A stretch of 64,000 bases of DNA, from positions 7,649,027 to 7,713,026 of the forward strand of contig MU053652.1 of assembly GCA_013239625.1 (NCBI GenBank), given 5' to 3'. Shown piece after piece: positions 57,001-64,000 of this stretch. Source of the DNA: Lama guanicoe. Taxonomy: Eukaryota. A program made the translations under genes and the position numbers. Every line of letters begins with the position of its first letter. Positions within the stretch are counted from its first letter, which is position 1. The notes under the pieces are model-generated. The model saw only the letters and a program-made list of their open reading frames with translations, was not told where the DNA came from and did not search any database.

Positions 57001-59132
57001 AGCAGAGTCATTGATATCTGAATTGCTTTCCACAAGGTCATTTTTCTACTTATTATTAAAGTTTTTTTTTTTTTTACTCAAAAAGAGTTAGCGGTTAACT
57101 TAGCGGGGGCCCACTAGCCTATACCTACATTCTAGCAGTCATTTTCTAGCAACTTCCCATCATGTGTCTAGAAGTCATCTCTTAAAGCTTCAGTACATTT
57201 CATCAGGGAGCAAGCAAATCTGAGTCCAGGTTGTAATAAACCCTCCATGGATTTAGAAAACATGGGATTAAATAGGATAGTAAGCGAATTCCAGCACATC
57301 TAAGACAGAAGCAAATGATGGACTTTTCTCCCACCCACAGGGCATGTGTGGTACATTCAGAGTTCAAACAAGGAACTCAGACATCATTTAGTTACAACTA
57401 GGACAGCCAAGTAAACGTCTATCAAGCAGGTCCCACAGGATCCATGACGTACAAACGCCATGAGAGTAAACGACTTAAAGTCACTACATAATCACTGCAC
57501 ACCCGATATGATCACTCTATAAAACAATCCTGTAAGACAAATGTAGAAAAACAACTGTGTCCAACTGTATTCAAAAAAAGATACAGTTGGTAGGACCAGA
57601 ATCTGATGTAATTCCTTTGCATTAACACACAGCTCTCTGACCCAAAGGACAAACTATGCACATTTAATTCTGTATTGAAATAGCAAATTATACCTTCATC
57701 CCTGGCTGGTTGTGGCCATTAATAATGAAAAAACTGTTTGGATTACACAAATATGCTCTACTTACATTTTCAGCCCTGAAGGAAGAGTTCTTTTATGTAA
57801 CAGCAAGAACAAAAGCCTAAAGCATGATTTAAACATTTGGTTTCAGGAATTAGAGGCTAAGCAGAAGAATAATTCATGAATTCATAAATCATCCATTCCT
57901 ACTGCAACTATTACCTGACCATCAATAAGTTAGAGAAGTAATATGTTTACTTCTGTGTTACATTATAGTAAATTATTAAAATACTCTGTCTACCACTTGG
58001 AGTACAATTTTTATTATTGTTTTCTTCTATGGATTTTCATTTAGCCTTTGGATATCATCCATATTCACAAAGTGCTTTGTACGCTCACTCTGTACTTCTC
58101 TTTAGTGGCAGCGCTCTAAGGCTGCCTACACTATTGAATGAGAAATCTATCCTCTGGCTTTAAAGAAGGCTCGGAAAGCCAGGGGAAAGAATGGTTCTCT
58201 TTTTTGCTGTGCTCACAAAATCTGAAATCCATATCTTGTCTAGTTTTTTTTTTTAAAAAAAAACCCAAAACTCTCATTTAGTCAATGCTTTTTAAATTAT
58301 TTGTAAAGGTTTAAAGCAAAGAGCTTCAAATCTGTTTCAGCATTTTGAACATGAAGTCGACGGTCTGGATTCTATGATTGGCAGTTTCTTGACTCATTCT
58401 CCCTGGTGTTACTCAACACGTGACCGTATAAGCTCAGTTCCTCCAGGACTAGCAGACAAAGCGGGTGGCAGCTCTTAGGAGACAGCCTTCATTTATTTAA
58501 TAATTTGGCTGAAACTTCTCAAGCCACTGTATTAAAACACTAATGGAAACAGACGCGTCCACAAAGTTCTCTAGCAAAGAACAAGCTTGCCTTGCTGTAA
58601 GCCAAGTTCATCACATCAAATGCCCAAGCAAAGGAAAGATAAAAAGCAATCACTGTTTTTGAACTCAGGCTTTAGGAGCCAGACTTCCTTTGCTCAGGAT
58701 CCGTTGCAGGCCTTAGAACGGAGGAATGGATGCTGACTGCAGACACCCCCAAGGTCTTTGCAAACCCTTGAGTAGAAATAACAGCGGGCAAGGCCCTCAA
58801 GATCATCTGCTAGCCCAACTCCTTCATTTTACGTGTGAGGAATATGAAGCTTGGACACTGCAGCAAGTTTTCTAATCCTTCTTTGGCTTCTGCTGGTGTA
58901 TCGCAATAATAAGGAACTCACACTGAATATCATCCTTTACTAATTTGGAGCATAGTTCCTGGCATGGAAATTTAATTCTTCTTATAAATTTTTTAAATAA
59001 AGTGGTTTATCCCTACCTTTTGTAAAGTACTAGATTAATATAGGTAGGTTCACTTTTTTAAAAAGTCTGACTAAATGTACTTACATTATAGTTTGTAGTC
59101 CTTAGCCTCATAGGCAGTTAAAACACTTATTT

Positions 59133-59437
59133 GATATCGCTTACATGTGGACTGTTAAAAAAAAGGGACACAAACGAACCTATCCGCAGAACAGAAACAG
59201 ACTTACAAACATAGAGAACAAACTTATGGTTACCAAGGGTTAAAGCGGGTGGGAAGGGATAAATTGGGAATTGGAAAATCGCATCTCTTGGGGAGTGATG
59301 GAAATGTTAGCTATCTTGATTGTGGTAGTGGTTTCATTGGTGTACACATCTATCAAAATTCATTAAAGTGTACATCTGAAATTCGTGTAGCTTACTGTAC
59401 AGGAGCCATACTACATTAAAGGTGTTAAAAAAAAAAA
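59133..59437 (+). mobile_element. Short L1-derived insertion with composite 3' end, poly(A) and imperfect TSD
   Basis: aacatagagaacaaacttatggttacc...gggataaattggga then ggagtgatggaaatgttagctatcttgattgtggtagtgg...attaaa..A11; flanks aaaacacttattt and aaaaccccacttattt. Confidence 0.85.
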
Positions 59438-59743
59438 CCCCACTTATTTACATTGTCCTTATTCAAAGATAATTTAAATAAATAATCTCACAGAATAAAT
59501 TCAAGGCAGCACTCCCCCTAGTCCTAAATGGCTTTAAACATACCACCCTCTAGTGTTACGAAGGAGCAATTTGCATTCTGGCCATTGAAAAGTTCAAATC
59601 ATTGTAACTATTGGAGAATCAAAGTGCTGATGATTTGGCCGTGGGCAGACTGGACAACATAAGAAGCTTTATTTACTGTAATCAAGTCCCTGCCAGGATG
59701 ACACTTGTTTCAGCTTCTCTGCAAGATCACAAAGATTTTTTTA

Positions 59744-59848
59744 TCGGATTTCAAAATTGTAGAATAGATAAACAAGATTACACTGTATAGCACAGGGAAA
59801 TATACACAAAATGTTATGATAAATCACAGAGGAAAAAATGTGACAAAA
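59744..59848 (+). mobile_element. About 105-bp L1 3' UTR fragment with 13-bp TSD
   Basis: aatagataaacaagattacactgtatagcacagggaaatat; TSD aaagattttttta at 59731-59743 and 59849-59861. Confidence 0.85.
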
Positions 59849-60564
59849 AAAGATTTTTTTAAAAAACAAATAAATATGAGACATTTAATCTGATTTCACA
59901 TTCTACATGAATGAATGATATAGCAAAAAAGAATGCATGGCCCAGTTTTCTCTAGTTCTGCTTACAAAGCAGCATATGACAGCACCATCTATGAATTAGG
60001 ATACACCATTTTAAAAATGATTTAAATACCAAAAGAATCATTTTTGTCTCCTAGATTTGAATTTGAATACTATCACTGAATATAGACCCATGTGGCTAAC
60101 ATGTAAATCTGAATATCTTATAAACACTTGACAGAATAGAAAGCATGCAGTCTCACTATCACATAAGTCAACATAGCCTGGAACACAGTACATACTGGAT
60201 CGATATTAGCATACCATAATAAGAATATACAATAAAGAAAATTGCACATGAGTGTCTATGTGTCATTAACTAAGTAATAAATTGTCAAGTCATGAGTCTG
60301 TGGGAGAAGCACCACTTATGTTTTATTTTGGTGAGAAATCAAATCAAGTGTTTATATGATGTCATTAGATTCCACAGGACATTTTCTAGAAGAAACATTT
60401 TCAGAAGATCTTTAAGACATTTAATACATATTTCTTTCTGCTGCGTATGCAATCACTTGCCTGTGCATTTAAGAACGTAAACGTTAAGTCAGATAAAATT
60501 GGGCCATAAGTCATTTCTGTTAAAAGCAAATTGAACACTAGCTAATGGGTAAGTAAAAGGCAAA

Positions 60565-60602
<38 letters not shown>

Positions 60603-60710
60603 TAAAATAAAAGAAAGGAAATGTGTATTTACGAAAGAAAGAAAAAAGAAAGAAAGGAAGGAAGGAAGGAAGGAAGAAAGAAAGAAACTGAGAGAGAAAG
60701 AAAGGAAGAG
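60565..60710 (+). repeat. (GC)3(AC)n microsatellite followed by (GAAA)/(GGAA)n purine tract
   Basis: Directly visible. Confidence 0.95.
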
Positions 60711-62628
60711 GCACGTTTCTATGAGCTTCAGGCCCAAATTCATCACAACGAGCCAAGGGGCCCAGAAAAATGCGCCTGGTGAGTGAGCCAGATGCGTGGT
60801 CAGCATAGTGAATCCAGAAATAGCTACAACATGTTAAGAGGAAAGGTGGGTGACAGACAACACAGGTGGAGCCATGGAGAATCCAACTGAAATCAATGGG
60901 GCAGAGCAACTGAATCAGGAACAGATCCAGAGAGCCTGAAAGGAGGAGAGAAGGTCAAGCCCAGGGCTCTGGTGCTTAAGCAGGAGATTCTTACCTGTTC
61001 CTTCAGCCTCGTGGGAGGGCTGTTGACAAGGACTCCATTTCGCCTTAAGCAGTCCCTACTCTTCGATTTCCTTTCCACTCAGAGTGGACATACAAATACG
61101 AAGGACAGACAGGAAGACAGCAGAACCTGCATTGCAATGGAGTTGACCACAAGTGGAGAAATGGTTCTGAGAAGGTAGACATGGGCCAGAGTGCTGAAGG
61201 GCCTTAAACTCGTGGACTTGGACATTCAAAAACAAAGACTTAAATGTAAACACGTCTGCTATTCCTTGACCCTCTGGTAAATTCTGCTTTTGGAATCACT
61301 TTCCCTGCCAAGCCTGGACTTTTGAGGTTCATTCAGGCCCGGGCCCAGCACAGCGAGTGATTATAAAAGAATGAGATAGAGTTTTTTAACAAGAGTATCA
61401 AAGAGTATACAGAAAGATGGTTTGGTCCTTCAGACTACAGGCAGCCTTTAGTTAGTTCCTAAAGATTCGAATTTTTATAATTGACTAATGGTACTCAGGC
61501 CAAAATACCATATTACCAACTTGAGTTACCATAGTTTTTAAATAAGTAGGAGGTATTTATTTTACTGTTCATTTTGACTAGTGACTTGGTGCTTTTAGAT
61601 GCCTCCATTTGTGTCATTCAGAAATTAGGTAGAGTTACGCTGTTCACAACAATACCAAAGCAGCATTGGTAAAAACTGGCATCTGTTCATTTCGTCCAGC
61701 CTAATAATAGTTACCATAGAAATGAACAAGTGAGTCAGACCTACAGGCTGGGGCTGCCCTCCTAACCCTCCTCCTGCCCTGCAGCCTCTCCTCACTGTCT
61801 CGGATGCACACACCGGAGTCTATCTTTGGCACTGCTCACACTTTGTTGTTAAAGGGCAGACGAAGGAAAGAGGAGGAGGAAATAAATTGAGTGAAGTAGG
61901 AAAGGACAGGGGGTGGGGAGGGAGTACACAGGGAGAAAATAAAATTATTTCTCTTGTGTGTCTGGTACAGCCTCTGAAGGTGACTAATTTCAAAATTCTA
62001 AAAATGAAATTCTAAAGCAGTTCAAAGCAGGGATAGAGACAGAGAATCACCTTCATGTCAAACCCCCGCCTGTCCCTACCCCCCGCCCTGCCTGGCTCAG
62101 GTCTTTGCCCCTAACTATGCCTCCTCTTTCCATGCCTGGATCTCAAAACTGCAGCTCAGAGAGGTGACTGGCATGTTTAAGGCCACACAGCTATTCATCT
62201 GTGCCGGAATTCAGACTGTTTTCTCACTGTAGACTCATGGACTCTGGACTCCACATGGATGTCAGATACAGTACCAAAATGATTCTCTCTCCTTGGATCT
62301 AAAAGTAGGGACAGGAAGATTTCATTAGCCATTATGAAAGCTTGAACTAGAAGACCAGATGGACCTGAGAATTATGCATGAATAGCAAATCTGTTAAAAA
62401 AAAATGAAGCCAATGTACATCCAAGATAAAAGATGTGTGTGTGTAAGGGATAGAAATAGTGACAGAGACAGAGATAGGGAGACAGAAAGAGACAAAGAGA
62501 CAGAAAGAAACTTGATTATTTTTTTCCTTTAACTCCTGTGAAGACCAGTTGCACTCACTGAAATTGGATCTTATAAAAGCCCCTATATTCTTAATCACCC
62601 CCCCCAAAAATCCTCCTTGACTTAAAAG

Positions 62629-62943
62629 TGTTAAAAAATAAACTGAGGCATCTTAAAATTTTTTAGCTTATTTGGGCAAAAACTGATTCTAAATGTGCAG
62701 TGCCAAACTGGAAGTGTTTCGGGAGGAGCCAGGGGAAAGGCTTATACAGAGAAGGTGCAGAAGGAAAGAAAGGACATCACTGATTTGCTGTAGCTTAATG
62801 CCTCATTGGCCATGTGTGATTGGTTGTCCTTGGCCTTTTGACCTTGAGATCCTTCCTGGCTTAGACCTTGGTCTGCTTATACAGGTCATCACGGCACTAG
62901 AGCTACCTCAGTCTAACGGCCTCCTTGTTCGGTTAAGTAAACA
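62629..62943. mobile_element. Solo LTR (ERV1-like), about 315 bp
   Basis: Starts tgttaaa and ends taaaca; internal gattggtt/cattggcc CCAAT-box complements and ttatttgggcaaaa suggest an antisense LTR. Confidence 0.6.
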
Positions 62944-64000
62944 GTAGCAAAAGGAAATTTCTGTTTCTTATAACCACTACTTAGCTACAGGACTTCCACC
63001 AGCTGATAAATGGAATACTTTGTAGGGAAATAAGAAAATGTTATTCTGGTCACTACTAATATTTTATTACTCCAAGTGATCGTTTGAATCTGTTGCAGAT
63101 CTCTCTCTGGAAGGGCCAACATCCACTCAGCGGTTGGTTTAATAGTCTTAATACACAGAGTGTTGCTGATTCAGGTATCCCGTGTAACAGAGAAACATTG
63201 CTGCTTCTTCACTCAGCAAAAGTTAAATCGCAAATGTCCTGCAAACCTGCCATCCCAGTTAACCATCAGCATTCTTTGCGTTCATTGAGGCCACATTTCT
63301 TCCCAAAGATTCTGGTTGGATTACAACATCAAAACTGACATTTTGGGGGTAACATTTGCTATACTATAAATGGAAAAAAAGTTTAAATCTAATATAGATT
63401 TTTGCACTAGTTTCTTTTTCCTTTCTTTTCTTTCTTTCTGTGTGTGTGTAAATGTTATTTTAACCACTTTTGTTACCTTCATACATACGAAAAGATTTTT
63501 ACAATGGGAAGGCATACTGATGTTGTCTTCAACTGCAATGAATTTGGTTTCACAAATGAGTGATATTATTCTACAAGTAAAGGAAGCCTCTGAATAAAGA
63601 GATGTAAGAGTGAGCCAACCTATAAACACATTTCTCAATGGCACTTTTATTACTGAAAAGAGAATAGTGAACTCCAGACTACTTGTGTTTAGAAGCTCAG
63701 TGTACACTTTACCAGATGTAGAGACAGGATTAGTGAGTGAGCTTCTCTCACAGGGAAAATTATTAACATTGACTAAAGCACACTTCAATACTGGACTTGA
63801 ATGATTATACACACTAATAAGAGTTATGAAATAGCAACTTATATTTTCAAAAAAGGTAGTCACAAAAGTACATATTAAAAAGTCCTTAGGCAGACTTTGG
63901 ATGGATAACAAGAAAATAACTTCCCACAAGGCAACTTACCAGGCAGCTTAAAAAGATTAAGAATTTCTTGAGAGAATCATAAATGTCACTAATAGGATTA

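Noticed and set aside
60990..61130. Possible minus-strand exon ending at cag|gtaaga
   Set aside because: Good donor but weak acceptor and no recognisable peptide

Overview
This is AT-rich mammalian non-coding DNA, most likely from a camelid. The evidence is a tRNA-Ala-derived vic-1-type SINE at about 23262 and artiodactyl/camelid-style L1 3' ends. I found no intact host protein-coding gene. The only clearly recognisable protein homology is a 5'-truncated copy of FEM1B on the minus strand (about 20225-20960), probably retroposed. It has an open 219-codon frame covering the C-terminal ankyrin repeats and the BC/VHL-box region. The rest is interspersed repeats (L1, L2, MIR, MaLR/ERVL/ERV1/Gypsy-like LTRs, MER3, MamSINE1), microsatellites, two assembly gaps and a few unique stretches with possible regulatory or splice signals. 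The most interesting observations are the structure of the FEM1B copy and several atypical retrotransposition events: a three-level nest, an L1 insertion replacing the RT core of an older L1, a tail-less L1 fragment with a perfect TSD, and a chimeric L1 3' end. Repeat family names come from my recollection of consensus sequences, not from a database search, and their boundaries are approximate. I see no convincing evidence for a novel biological system.
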